A stretch of DNA of 64,000 nt from Eledone cirrhosa. Taxonomy: Eukaryota. The notes beneath the pieces were generated by a model. The model was not told where the DNA came from and did no database searches. It saw only the letters and a list, made by a program, of their open reading frames with translations. Positions 13,604 to 25,279 of the stretch are shown piece after piece (position 1 is the stretch's first letter; every line of letters begins with the position of its first letter). Position numbers and translations under genes: made by a program. The stretch covers positions 297,662,001 through 297,726,000 of the forward strand of contig OZ024743.1 in assembly GCA_964016885.1 (NCBI GenBank). Reading direction: 5' to 3'.

Positions 13604-13779
13604 TGTTTCTACGTTAGGCACAAGGCCAGCAAATACCCAGTGCATTACTGGTACTTTATTTTATCGACCCCGTAAGGATGAAAGGCAAAGTTAACCTCGG
13701 TGGGATTTGAACTCAGAATGGCAAATCTATACGTCAAAGCATGGCGTCCGACCCTCTCCCAATACTGCCAATCCACCGC
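13604..13779 (-). mobile_element. tRNA-derived SINE (left end of the AAT array)
   Basis: Full head-to-tail match to the other copies; 3' end abuts AATAATAAT at 13595-13603. Confidence 0.88.
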
Positions 13780-13788
13780 CATAATAAT

Positions 13789-13994
13789 GGTTTCTTATAT
13801 AGGCGCAAGGCCAGCAATTTTGGGGGGAGGGGAAAGTCGATTAAAATCGACACCAGTGTGTGACTGGTACTTTATTTTATCGACCCCGTGAGGATGAAAG
13901 GTAAAGTTAACCTCAGCTGGATTTGAACTCAGATCATAAAGGGCCGTAACTCTATGCTGCAAAGCATGGTGTCCGACTCTACCGATACTGCCAA
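13789..13994 (-). mobile_element. tRNA-derived SINE, longer variant
   Basis: Same head and core, with an extra GTCGATTTTAATCGACTTTCCCCTCCCCCC segment before the tail; separated from the previous SINE by ATAATAAT. Confidence 0.85.
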
Positions 13995-14169
13995 ATTGTT
14001 TCATTTATTGGCCACAAGGGCCGACATATAGGGGACACTACAATAGAGGGGGTTTTTACACAGAAATCGAGTAAAAAAATATGAAAACAATAACTATAAA
14101 CAAGAAAATTACAAACAACAGTTTCCCAATAGTGGGGGATAACCACCCAGACTCGACTCAGGTACTCCA

Positions 14170-17100
14170 CCAATCCTGAACCACCCGACGAGAAAAGTGT
14201 CTGTCTTCAGTCCCTTCAGCCTAGTCCACCATACAACCTTTTTCACTACTGTTACCAGACAGAGGAAAATTGCCTACCCCTCCTGGCCAAAAGAAAGCGG
14301 CGAGTCGATCTTGACTATGGATTCGGCCGATAGCCGTATCCGTTCTACACGCGATAACAGCTTTTCGACATAACTCCACAAGTCAGTAATGCACGGACAC
14401 TAGACGAGTGCGTGCAAAACGGTTTCGTCGCTCTGCGCGCATCTCGGGCAGGTCCGTCTGACAGCACTTCCGTGCCTGTAGAGTTTATCTCGAACCGGCA
14501 GTGGCCCCCGGTAGCATTGCCAAGCGTGGGATTTTGGGAAATTATCCATCGTCCCCGGCTCGAAAGTCCTCCGGAACAGACTGGTTAGTTCGACTTCGTC
14601 GACTCCCAGAGCCTCTCCAAGTGCGTCGTCGCACTTGCCCACCACTAATCCTCTATAGAACTCGAGAGTGGAAGTTCCACTGACCGCATTGCCCGCCTGG
14701 TAGAGGGCAGTGAGTGCCTGGCAACATTCCAGATGCCAGTCACCCAGTCTCGGTCTCTTCTTGACCCAGGACTGCAGTTCAGTCAAAGAAACGAGCTACG
14801 GAAAAGCCCGTCTGACAAACGTTCACCGTTTAGGCAGAATATCTGGAGATGTCGCAACCTCAGCGCGTGTCTGCGCATCATTAGCCACGGCATGCCCAGC
14901 CCTCCACGTAGAGGATGCTGACAGCAGATGGACCGCCTCACCAGTGGAACCTGACCCCTCCCCAAGAATTTGAAGAGGAGCCACTCCAAGATGGCGAGGC
15001 GTGAACGGGGGTAAGGGGCGACGGTCAGACGGTAGTAGATGACGGACGCGGAATACGCGTTCGCCACCTCCGCCCGAACTTTCAGTGATAGCTTCCTCCC
15101 AGCCCATTTCTGGGTGAGACTGGCTACCCTGCCCGTCACCTCATCCCAATTCTTATCTTCCTGGAGGTCTGGCCCGAACCAACCCCCGAGCAACTTTACC
15201 GGTCCGTCCGCCCAGCACCTAACGACGCTTTTGGACGGCATGGACTTGCCTCTCCAGGTGTCGAGTTGCAATCCCACCGACTTTTCCGGGTTAAGTTTTG
15301 CTCCCGTCAACCTTTCATATACCTCCAATAAGTTGCCGACCACTTCGATTTCTGAGATGTCCGGCACCATCACGGTGATATCTTCCGCATAAGCCGACAC
15401 AGCCTTTCCGCCTCCATGTTCGAGCGGGATGCTCTGCAACAGCTCCAGCTTCCGCAGTAAAGGCTCGAGAGTCAATACGTACAGAAGGGAGGAGAGAGGG
15501 CACCCTTGACGGACCGATCGGGAGACCTGAAACGGTTCCGAGAGGTGGCCATTAATTTTGACCACCGAGTAGGTGCTGCTGTGCATTGCAGCGATCCAGC
15601 TTCTGAAGACGGGGCCGAAGCCAGCCGCCTTGAGGACAGCCTCCAGGTACCGATGGTCGACCCTATCGAATGCTTTTGATTGATCTAAATTGATTAGCGC
15701 CCCAACGAAGCCAGGTTTACACCCTACCCTCTCTATGATGTATCGCATTAGGTGGAGGTTGACGTGTATGGACCTGGATGGTATTGTGCAAGTTTGCGCC
15801 TCCCCAACCAAATCCCCGACGACAAGCGCCAACCTCTTCGCTAACACTCTGACCAAAATCTTAAACTCTGTGTTGAGCAGAGTTATGGGCCTGAAATTGT
15901 CTACTGTGTCCCTCTTGTTCTCGTCTTTCCTTATCAGCGTCACTGTGCCCCGGCTCACAGAACTGGGAATACTCCCGTTCTGCTGCCAGTTGCAGTAGAG
16001 CGCTTCCAGGAGATGGGAGAACAAGTCTGGCATATTTACGTAAAGCTCGTAGGGCAGACCATCCAAACCGGGTGACTTGCGCCTCATGCAGCCGACAAGG
16101 GCATTCTGAATCTCGGCTGAAGTATTCGGCCTTTCGCAGCGCCCAGCGTCGGCCGTCGGGAGTTGCGGCAAGCCATCGAGGTAGGGACTGAAGTCCGCCA
16201 CCGTCTCTGACCCGCCACCTCCCTCGAACAACCGAGCAAAATGTTGGCGAAAGGCCTCACACATCCTCTTGGAATCGCTCAGCTCGTGTCCGTCTCGGTC
16301 CGTCAAAGACAGAATCGTGGTTTTATTGCCACGCTGCGCCGCTGCCACGCGGGCCCATCGAACAGCTTTGGTTCCCTCGTTTCTTAGAGCACGCGCTTTA
16401 GCTCTGACAATGCAGCCTTCGTGTTTCGCATTGAAGAAATGGTCTAATGCCATTCTCGCCGCTAGCACGTCAGTTGCAATGCCACTACCAATAGCCTCGT
16501 CTAACTTATCTACCAACTCCCCCTCCTTTCTATGTTTCTCTAACGCTACTTCTTTGCTAAACTCTATCGACATTACTCTAATCTCTCTTTTGAGAGCTCC
16601 CCACCATCTATTGTTGACGACTCCCCCTGTCAACTTTTTCTTAACTAAATTGTTGACCTGGTCCCTGTAAGCCTTACGTGCCGGAAATGACATATTTAGC
16701 TTCCAGTAACCAGGTCCTAACCTCTTATTTAGGTCGACCATACAGATCACAAACTTGTGATCTGAATAGGCGACCGTTTTAAAACGTGGACAGTTTACAG
16801 TATTTCTGTCTATTTTCCTAATGAATATTCTGTCTATATACGATCTAGATGACCCTATGCGGTTAGTCCAGGTCCACACTGGCGCATTAGGGAAATCTAG
16901 TCGGTACCTGTCAGACAGTTGGAACTGGCTGATCAGGTTCTTGAGGGTTTTTCACCCACCCACCCACCCCCGCTCCTATCGGATACTCCCACATAGTCCC
17001 AGCGTGCGTCTAAGATGCCGTTCCAGTCCCCCGCTAACAGTAAAGGGCGAGACGTACCAGAAAGGTTTCCAAGCGTCTAAAGAAGTCCGGCCGTACTGCC

Positions 17101-17441
17101 CCAGTAGGGGCATAGACCAGTCTAAAGGCACCACCTTCGTTATTGTTCACGTCCAGGACCACCAACTTCCCGTCCGGGTCCCGGAAGATCAACCTTACCT
17201 CGAGATCCAGGCCTTTCCTAAACAGCACTGCCATCCCGCCTCCCATTCCCGACCGACTAACAGATGTAAAGATCTGATAGTCATCGAAAATGGGGGCTAG
17301 TGCGCGCGTGTCGAAAATCCTGGTCTCGCTGACGGCAATTACATCCATTTCTAGAGACCTGAGGTCGTTGAGCAGGTGACCCTTCTTCCAGGATGATCCC
17401 AGGTCTCGAACACTTAAACTTCCTACTCTTAATATGGCCAT
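14170..17441 (-). pseudogene. Tx1 ORF2 (APE endonuclease + RT), frameshifted
   Basis: Pieces 17034-17441, 14783-16879 and 14400-14786: VSETR, YSDH, GPGYWKLN, KSPGLDG, FRPITLLN, QGCPLS, YAED (YADD mutated), CPRC..HAL. Confidence 0.9.
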
Positions 17442-17472
17442 GTTGGCAGGTTAAAAGAGAGAGAGGAGAGGT

Positions 17473-19440
17473 TTACTTACCTTCCGGGCTCTTGTGAAGG
17501 TCGGGTGGTTCGACCTCCATAGTTGGTGGGGTTTCTTTTGGGAACCCCTTTAAAAGTCTTGAAGTGGGTTTTACGTTCGGGGTTCCCACGTCCCGAGGAA
17601 AGCTGTCTCGTATCACTTTATATAAATCGAGCGACATTCGCACCAGAAACAAATCTTCCGGCACGCGAAATGTGCTCGATTTAAAAATATCCCCCTCTTT
17701 TTGTATATTTTCACTTCGTGCTAAGAGGGCCATCAGTTCCTTGTTGGCCATCCTGACGAGCACGAAGTTTTGTATATTTTGTTGGTGTGATTTTATTTGT
17801 TTGGTGGCTGTGGTGGTGATGGTATTGGTGGTGTTGTTTCGGTTGTGTCTGTGTTTGTTGTGAGTGCGGTGTCTGTGGTTTCAGATGTTTGTGTGTGTAT
17901 TTGTTCTTGCGTCTGTTTAGGTTGTTTGCGTTTGGGGGAATCTGTTTATGGTGGTGGTGGTGTTGATGTTGGTGTTATTGGATAGATGTTTGCGTGGGTG
18001 GTGTCTGCATTTTTTATTGTGGGTGATTTTGTGCTTTGTTGAGTTGTTTTTTTTCTTTTTGTGTTTCCTTTTTTGTATTTTGGGGGATTTTGGTTTTTCC
18101 TCATCTTGACTACTGGTAGATGAGCGGTCTGCGTCTGTAAGTGTGTCTGTATGTGTTTATGTTTTTATTGATGTGTGTATTTTGGGGGGGAGGGGAATTG
18201 GACAACTTTCCTTGTTTTCCCCCTGGGTGGTCAATGTTGGTGGTGGTCTTTCTATTGGTGTTGTTGTTGGTGGTTTTGCCGGTGCTGGTGTTGGTTGTGG
18301 TCCTCGCACCGGCGTCTGCTGCAGTGGAGCCCTTCGACCCCTTGCATCTTTTAGCAGTTGAGGGCAGAAGGCTCGCAAATGGGTTTTTTCCTCACAAACA
18401 AAACAATGCGACCTTTTGCCCTCGGTCATAATATGAATGACCGTTCCATTCTGAAGGCGGATGTGGTCCGGGATTGTCTTCACATTCTCGGGCCTGATCT
18501 GGAGAAGTATCTCCAGGTCAACCCCGGACCAGTCCTCTCTGGCCGTTCTCGTCACTTCTATCGGGACGGTATCTGTCCCCTCCACAATCACACATCCCAG
18601 AAGCCACCACATGTCAAGTCCTGATGGGATTCTGGGAATGCGGAGACGGGCCGTTCTTTTTCCCATGTGGGAGGGGTACATTATGACCTTGCTGGTTTTG
18701 CAAGGAGTCATTGCGAGGGCTTCTGAATTGAACAACACCGAAATGATGCTGTACTGTCTGCCCCTCTCTATGTATTCGGTGTCTTCTCTGATGCACCTCA
18801 ACGCGACTTCGACATCTTCTTGTGGGATTAAAGCTGCCCTTTTGGTTTGTGCTGAGATGCATCTATAATGCACCGTTCTGCGCTCCACTGCCTCAATAGC
18901 TTCTACCGGGACAGTTAAGTTGGCCCAGGTTTGCTCTTGCTTGATGAGTTTCCATGTCTGGGCCAACTTTTCATCTTTGTTTGAGAGGTCCATGTTGAAG
19001 CATGGCCTCTTTTTTGCTGCTGCCGCAGCGAAAGTGTTCTTGTTTTCGTTGGGGGTGTTGTTGTCGTTGTCGTTGTTCTTGTTGGTGTTGTTGTTATCAC
19101 TGTCGCTGTTATCATTGTTGTCTTTGGTGCCACTGTTGTTCTCGGTGAAGTTGGTATTGTTGCTGTTGGTGTTGTCGCTATTTGTTTTCATGTTAGTGGT
19201 GTTCATATTACTGTTGCATTTGTCATTTTTTCTGTTCTCTGTATTTTCGTTGTCGCTGTTACTGTCATTTTTTTCAAAATTAGAGTTCTCAGTGTTGTTA
19301 TCATTGGTGTCTTTGTTTACATTGTTTGTGGTGGTGTTTGTTGTATCAATTTCTGTTAATTTCGCCGTAGCGCTCCTCTCAACTTCTACGTCGTTGTCGC
19401 ACGACAGCAGACATATCGCTGGTGGGTGTGGCTCAGCCAT
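17473..19440 (-). pseudogene. Tx1 ORF1 (zinc-knuckle RNA-binding protein), frameshifted
   Basis: Asn/Thr-rich N-terminus, TFAAAAAKK, CFVCEEKTHLRAFC (CX2CX4HX4C), Pro-rich tail; C-terminal piece at 17473-17763. Confidence 0.8.
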
Positions 19441-19655
19441 GTTTTTTCTTTTTGTTTTTTTTTCGATAATTTAAAAAAAAATGTAAAAGAGTTCAAATAT
19501 TTGGGCCAAAAGGCCCATATATTATTCTTTCCCCTTCACAGGGCAAAGTCCAAGGGCTTGTATGCCTTACACAACAACAAAAATTCAATAAATAAGTTTT
19601 GACAGGTAAATAAATAAACCTACGGCAGCGAGCAAAAAGTCGTCCGTTCAGACTC

Positions 19656-19679
19656 AATAATAATAATAATAATAATAAT
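19656..19679. repeat. (AAT)8 spacer
   Basis: Direct reading; lies between copies 1 and 2. Confidence 0.95.
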
Positions 19680-19929
19680 GCTTTCTTTATTAACCACAAG
19701 GGTTTACACAGAGTAAGACATTAAGGACAATACAGGACAATACAGGACGGTACAAAATGGGCATTTCTGCGAGTAGAAAAAAAACAGAGGATGTAAAAAA
19801 AAAAGAAACAATGAAAAATTCCCCAATAGGGGGTAAACTTCCGAGGGCCATCGGGGAGAAAGCCCATTAAAAAATCCACGGTGACCCTGACCACCAGGGC
19901 AAGTGCCCTCTCCCAGTTTTCCACCTTCA

Positions 19930-22500
19930 ATTTACAGGCACATACTCAGAGTAGGCCCATTCACTCGGGCCATTCTTGCCTCTCTCACTCATCTTTCAAC
20001 AAAATGCTGGGAAGAGAGCAATTCCCTCTCTAACCTGATTTTCCTTTTTAAATGAAATTTGAAAAAGTTAATCAGGGAATCACCGAAGAGGTAAGTGCTC
20101 GTCTTCAGCCCTTTCAAACGCGTCCACCATACTATCTCTTTCGCCATTGGCCACCAGACAGATAAATTTGCCTGCCCTTCCCGGCTAAAGGAAGAGGGCG
20201 GGGCAATCCTCACCATGGACTCAGCTGATAGCTGGATCCGTCCTATACGCGATAGCAGGTGTTCGACATAAACCCACAAGTCAGCAATGCTCGGACACTG
20301 GACGAGTGCGTGCAGGACGGTTTCGTCGCCCTGTGCGATCTCGGAGATGCCCGACTGACCGCACCTCCATGGAGTTTCCACCGATCACATTGCCCGATTG
20401 GTCGAGGGCTGTGAGCGCCTGAAGACATTCCAGTATCCAAGCGCTCCCTCTCGGTCTTCGTTTGACCCAGGACTGCAGCTCCGTCAAGGAGACGAGCTGG
20501 GGAAAGACGCGTCTAGCAAACGGCGACCACACCTGATCACCGTCGAGGAAGAGGTGGAGATGTCGTAGCCTGAGCGCGTGTCTGCGCATCATCAGCCACA
20601 GCATGCCCAGCCCTCCACAGAGTAGATGTCGCTGTGCATGGCAGCGATCCAGTCTCTGAAGACGGGCCCAAAACCAGCCGCCCTCAAGACTGCCGCTAAA
20701 TAACGATGGTCGACCCTATCGAAAGCTTTCGACAGATATAAATTGATCAAGGACCCATCCGTGCCAGGTTGCCTAGCTACCCTCTCCACGATGTATCGAA
20801 TGAGGTGGAGGTTGTCGTTGATGGATCTGTCGGGAATGGCGCATGCCTGCGCCTCTCCCACCAGACCATCAACGACAAGCGCCAACCTCTTTGCTAGCAC
20901 CTTGGCCAAAATCTTGAACTCTGTGTTTAGCAGAGTTATGGGCCGGAAATTATCTATGTTATGCCTCTTGTTCGGATCCTTTCTCAGCAGCGTCACCGCT
21001 CCTCGGCTCACAGAGCTGGGAATTCTCCCGTTCTGTTGCCAGTTTCAGTTAGACGTCCGCCAAGAGTCCTCCGATCAAAGTTGGCATCTGTACGTAAAGT
21101 TCATAGGGCAGACCATCCAAACCAGGCGATTTACCCCTTGTGCAGCCAGTCATTGCCTCCCGTATTTCAGCTGCTGTTATCGGCTTTTTGCAACACTCCG
21201 CCTCAGTGGCCGAGAGCCGGGGCAGTCCGTCGAGGTAGACACTAAAGTTCATCCCTCGATCCGGCCCGCCGCTGTCCCCGAACAGTTGAGCGAAGTGTCG
21301 CTGAAAAGTTTCACACATTTGCCCAGGATCGAGTAGCATACGCCCGTCGTGGTCCACCAAAGACCGGATCGTGGCTTTGTTGCCACGACGCGCCTTCGCC
21401 ACTCGGGCCCATTGAACGGCTTTCGTCCCCTCGTGTCTGAGAACACGCACCCTAGCTCTGACAACGCAGCCTTCGTGCTTTGCATTGAAGAATTGGTCAA
21501 GGGCCAATTTCGCCGGAAGTACGTCGGCCGCGATTCCTTTGCTTAAGCGCCTCGTCTAATTTTCTAACTAGTTCTCCCTCTGCTCCATTTTTCTCTATTA
21601 CTAAACCCTTACTAAACCTAATGGACTCTATTCTAATCGCTCTTTTCAGAGCAAACCACCATTTGTTGTTGACGATAGCTCCCGTCAACGCCCGCTTAAC
21701 TAGTTCGCTAATCCGGTCTCTGTAGGCCTTGCGCGCTGTTAATTACGCGTTTAGCTTCCAGTAGCCGGGTCTATGAAGCCTATATAAGTCAACCACACAG
21801 ATCACGAATTTGTGGTTCGTGTAGCTGACTATCTTGAATTGTGGACAGGCCATGCTAGACCTATCTATTTCCCTACAAAATACTCTATCTAGATATGATC
21901 TGGATGACCCTATGCGGTTTGTCCAAGTCCACATTGGCACATTCGGGAAATCCAATCGGTACCTGTCAGACAGTTCAAAACGCCTGAGCAGATTGGTGAG
22001 GCTCTTGCACCCTCCTCCCCTATCCGCTAATTCCACACAGTCCCATCTTGCATCTAAGATCCGCTTCCAGTCGCCCACTAACTCTAAAGAGCGGGACGTT
22101 CCAAGAAAGGTCTCCAGACGCCGGAAGAAATCAGGCCGCCCTGCTCCTGTCGGGGCATAGACGGCCACTAGCCTGAAAGCTTGCTCGTCTCCCCTGGTCA
22201 TGTCCAGCACCACCAACTTACCTTCTGGGTCCAGGAAGATGGCCCGTATGGCGAGATCCAAACCTCTCCGAAAAAGCACAGCAACTCCTTCCCCCCCCCC
22301 CCACGATCCTGGACGGCTGGGAGATGCGTACACATCGTAGCCGCCGAAGATCGGTGCGAAGGCCCGTGCTTCGGAGATTCTGGTCTCGCTGATGGCCACC
22401 ACATGAATGTTTTGTGACCTGAGGTCGTTGAGCAGGTGGCCCTGCTTCCATGACGATCCCAAGCGGGCGCATTTAAGCTGCCTATTCTGAGTGAGGTCAT
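19930..22500 (-). pseudogene. Tx1 ORF2, frameshifted and deleted
   Basis: Starts MTSLRIGSLNA at 22500; ISETR, VYAPTG, SYLDR, PGYWKLN and FRPITLLN are present; the RT core is deleted. Confidence 0.85.
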
Positions 22501-22534
22501 GTTGAAAAGGAGTGGAAAAGATGGGAAAGACCAC

Positions 22535-24468
22535 TTACCTTACATCTCGTAGAGGAGGGATGGTTTCTCCATCCTTCTCACTGCTTGTGGCCTGCTCCGG
22601 AAGGATGTCCTTATAAATCCTCCTGGAGAGTGTTTGTCGGAAGTCTCCGATGTCCTTGGAGAATTTTTGTTTTAGTGTCGTGTACGTTTTCTGTGTGATG
22701 CGGGTGATTTGTATGTGTGGAGGTGGTGTGAATTTTTGGGGTGCTGTGTAGTCTTTTTCTGTGATGCTGGTGTTGTGTTGGATGTAGTGTAATAATTTGT
22801 TGTTGTTCAAATTTAATGCTGTGTGGTGTGTATATTTTTGGTTGTTTTGTTTTGTTTGCGTTTGTTATGGGTTTGTTTCTATTTCGCTTTTTGGTGACTT
22901 TTGTGGTGTTGGTGATGGTGCTGTTGGAGTTAATGATGGTGATGGTGTTAGTGTTTGTGGTGATGGGGTTAGTGATGCTGGTGTGGATGGTGGCATAGCT
23001 GTCCTAACTTTTTTGTTTGATAGTTTATTTGTTTCCCCCTGTATTTTGTTTTTGGAGGGGGAAGGAAGAGGATTTTTTTCTTTTTTTTTGTTCTTTTTTC
23101 TTTTTTTCTTTTTTCCTGATACACTCCTCGTCGTCACAATCTGTCTCCAGTTGCAATAGGTCGGGGAGTGGAAAATCCTCCACAGGCGTTGGTTTTGGTT
23201 GTGGCGTGGTGGATGGTGGAGGAGCTGGTGCTAGTTCTGGCGCGGTGGGTGGTGGTGGTGTTGGTTTTGCTACTGTTGCTGGGGTTGTTGCTGCTACAGT
23301 TGCTTCTGTTATTGCTGCTACAGTTGTTGCTACCATTTCTGCTACTGGTGGTGTTGATGGTTGAGTCACTGGAGTGTGTAGGAGAAGTGGCCTCAACTTT
23401 TTAGCCTGAGGGCAGAAAGCCTTTAGGGTGGTGCTTTCACCACAAACGACACACCTAGGCCTTCTACCCTCAACGATTACGGTGAGGTGGCTGCCGTCAG
23501 TGAGGTCTATCACCTCTGGAATTTCCTCAATGTTTTTTTGGTCCGCTTGGATCAGGAGCTCCATCCCAGATCCGGACCAGTTCTCCTGCTTTTTTTTGTT
23601 ACTTCAATTATTTTCGTGTTGGCATCGATGCCGGCGAGGACGGCAGCCATTAGCCAGGGAATTTCGATGGCCGGTGGAACGTGGGTCACCTTGATCTTCA
23701 CGAGTCTCTAATCACAATAGCTTGGGACGAGTGTGAAATCGTCAATTCTTAATGGGGCCATGGAGTGCTCTCTGGCTTCCTGTGGTGTTCCATAGAACAC
23801 GTCCACAGTTCCATATTTCTGCCCACGTCTGATATGGGTTTTTTTCGCTCACACATGTTCCAAAGCTTATTGTATTTGGGACTCGGATGCCCGTTCCACT
23901 CGGCGTGATTTTGTGTTTATCGTCCGATATGACACGGTACATAGGCGTCGTTGCTCCATTTTATTAGGTGGGGATGGGGGTGAGGCTGACCCTGTAGCCA
24001 TCTTTTTTTACCATTCGCTTGGCTTCATTTAATTCATCCTGGCTTACCTGGATTGTTTCGCTTTTCTTGGCTGCTTTGGCAAACGACACATTTTGTTTTG
24101 CGGTGGTGTTGATGATGTTGTTATTCTCATTGTTGTTGTTGCTGTTGTTGTTATTGTTATTTTTAGTTTCAATTGTGGTGGAGGTGGTGGTGGTGTCAGT
24201 GGTGTTCGGCGTGGAAGAGTCGATTCTGGGTGAATCCATTTCGATGTCACGAGATAATAATTTTTTTTTTGTTTCTGTTGTCGCTGTGGTGGTGGTGGTG
24301 GTGGTGGTATCAGTGGTGTTCGTTGTTCTTTTTGACATTGTGGTGGTGGGGTGGCGGCTTTAACACCTGCAGTTATTGGTAATGGCGGGAAATCCATGTT
24401 GGCAACCGTGGCAAGGCTTACAATGGTATAGGTGTTGGTCTGTTAAAAACAGTAAATTTGTCGTCCAT
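22535..24468 (-). pseudogene. Tx1 ORF1, frameshifted
   Basis: Pieces 23964-24338, 23025-23564 and 22535-22810; the C-terminus KQKFSKDIGDFR..IPPLRDVR is homologous to the ORF1 end of copy 6. Confidence 0.75.
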
Positions 24469-24720
24469 GTTTTTTTTTTCAAAGAAATATTTTGTTTGAT
24501 AAATAAGATGTTTAAGTTTTGGGCTCAAGGCCCCAATATTTTTTTGTGTCCTTTTCAGAAAGCAATATATGTGAACTTATAAACACTTAACAACAAAAAT
24601 TTTCCATAACTGGCAATTTGAAACAACTGAAAATAACAAACCTTTGCGGAAGTCACGCTAATACGATTTCCTACGTAGGTCGCCAATAATAATAATAATA
24701 ATAATAATGATAATAATAAT

Positions 24721-24977
24721 AGGATTTGGAACTGCCATGAAGTCAAAGTGGTCCCGATTGTCATAGGCGCACTAGGTACTATCTCCAAAAGTTTCCAGGG
24801 ATGGTTAAAGAAAATTGGCCCCACCCCGCTATTTGGAACACTTCAAAAGGCATGCTTGCTGGGAACAGCAAGAACCCTCCGATACGTCCTGAATATCTGA
24901 GGCTGCAGGTAGTGGCTTGATATTCATTTCAACAAACTTTCCAGTTAACTAACATCAATGACTGAGACTCAAAGAAC
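24721..24977 (+). mobile_element. 5'-truncated R4/Dong-like copy (end of RLE and 3'UTR) between two (AAT)n tracts
   Basis: Near-identical to 50208-50470 (RIWNCHEVKVVPIVIGALG...LRYVLNI*); (AAT)n at 24685-24720 and 24978-25016. Confidence 0.9.
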
Positions 24978-25018
<41 letters not shown>

Positions 25019-25279
25019 TTTCTTTATTAACCACAAGGGTTTACATAAAGTAGACATTAAGGACAGTGCAGGACAATGCAGGACGGTACAAATGGGCATT
25101 TCTGCGTGTAAAAAAACAAAAACAGAGGATGTAACAAAAATAACAATGAGAATAACAATGAAAAATTCCCCAATAGGGGGGGAGACTTCGGAGGGACATT
25201 TGTGGAGAAAGCCCAGTAAAAAGCCACAATGACCCTGACCACCAAGGCAAGTGCCCTCTCCCAGTTTTCCACCTTTAAT

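Larger units (their letters stand above)
13996..19655 (-). mobile_element. Tx1-type non-LTR retrotransposon, copy 1 (lineage A), full-length but degraded
   Basis: ORF1 has a CCHC knuckle; ORF2 has APE, RT and a C-terminal zinc motif. The 3' end reads CCCTTGTGGCCAATAAATGAAAC and the 5' end abuts (AAT)8. Confidence 0.9.
19680..24684 (-). mobile_element. Tx1-type copy 2 (lineage-B ORF2 with a different ORF1 and 5'UTR), internally deleted
   Basis: ORF2 fragments are nearly identical to those of copies 3, 6 and 7, but ~660 bp including YADD is missing at ~20617. ORF1 fragments contain SFAKAAKK and CVVCGESTTLKAFC. Confidence 0.9.
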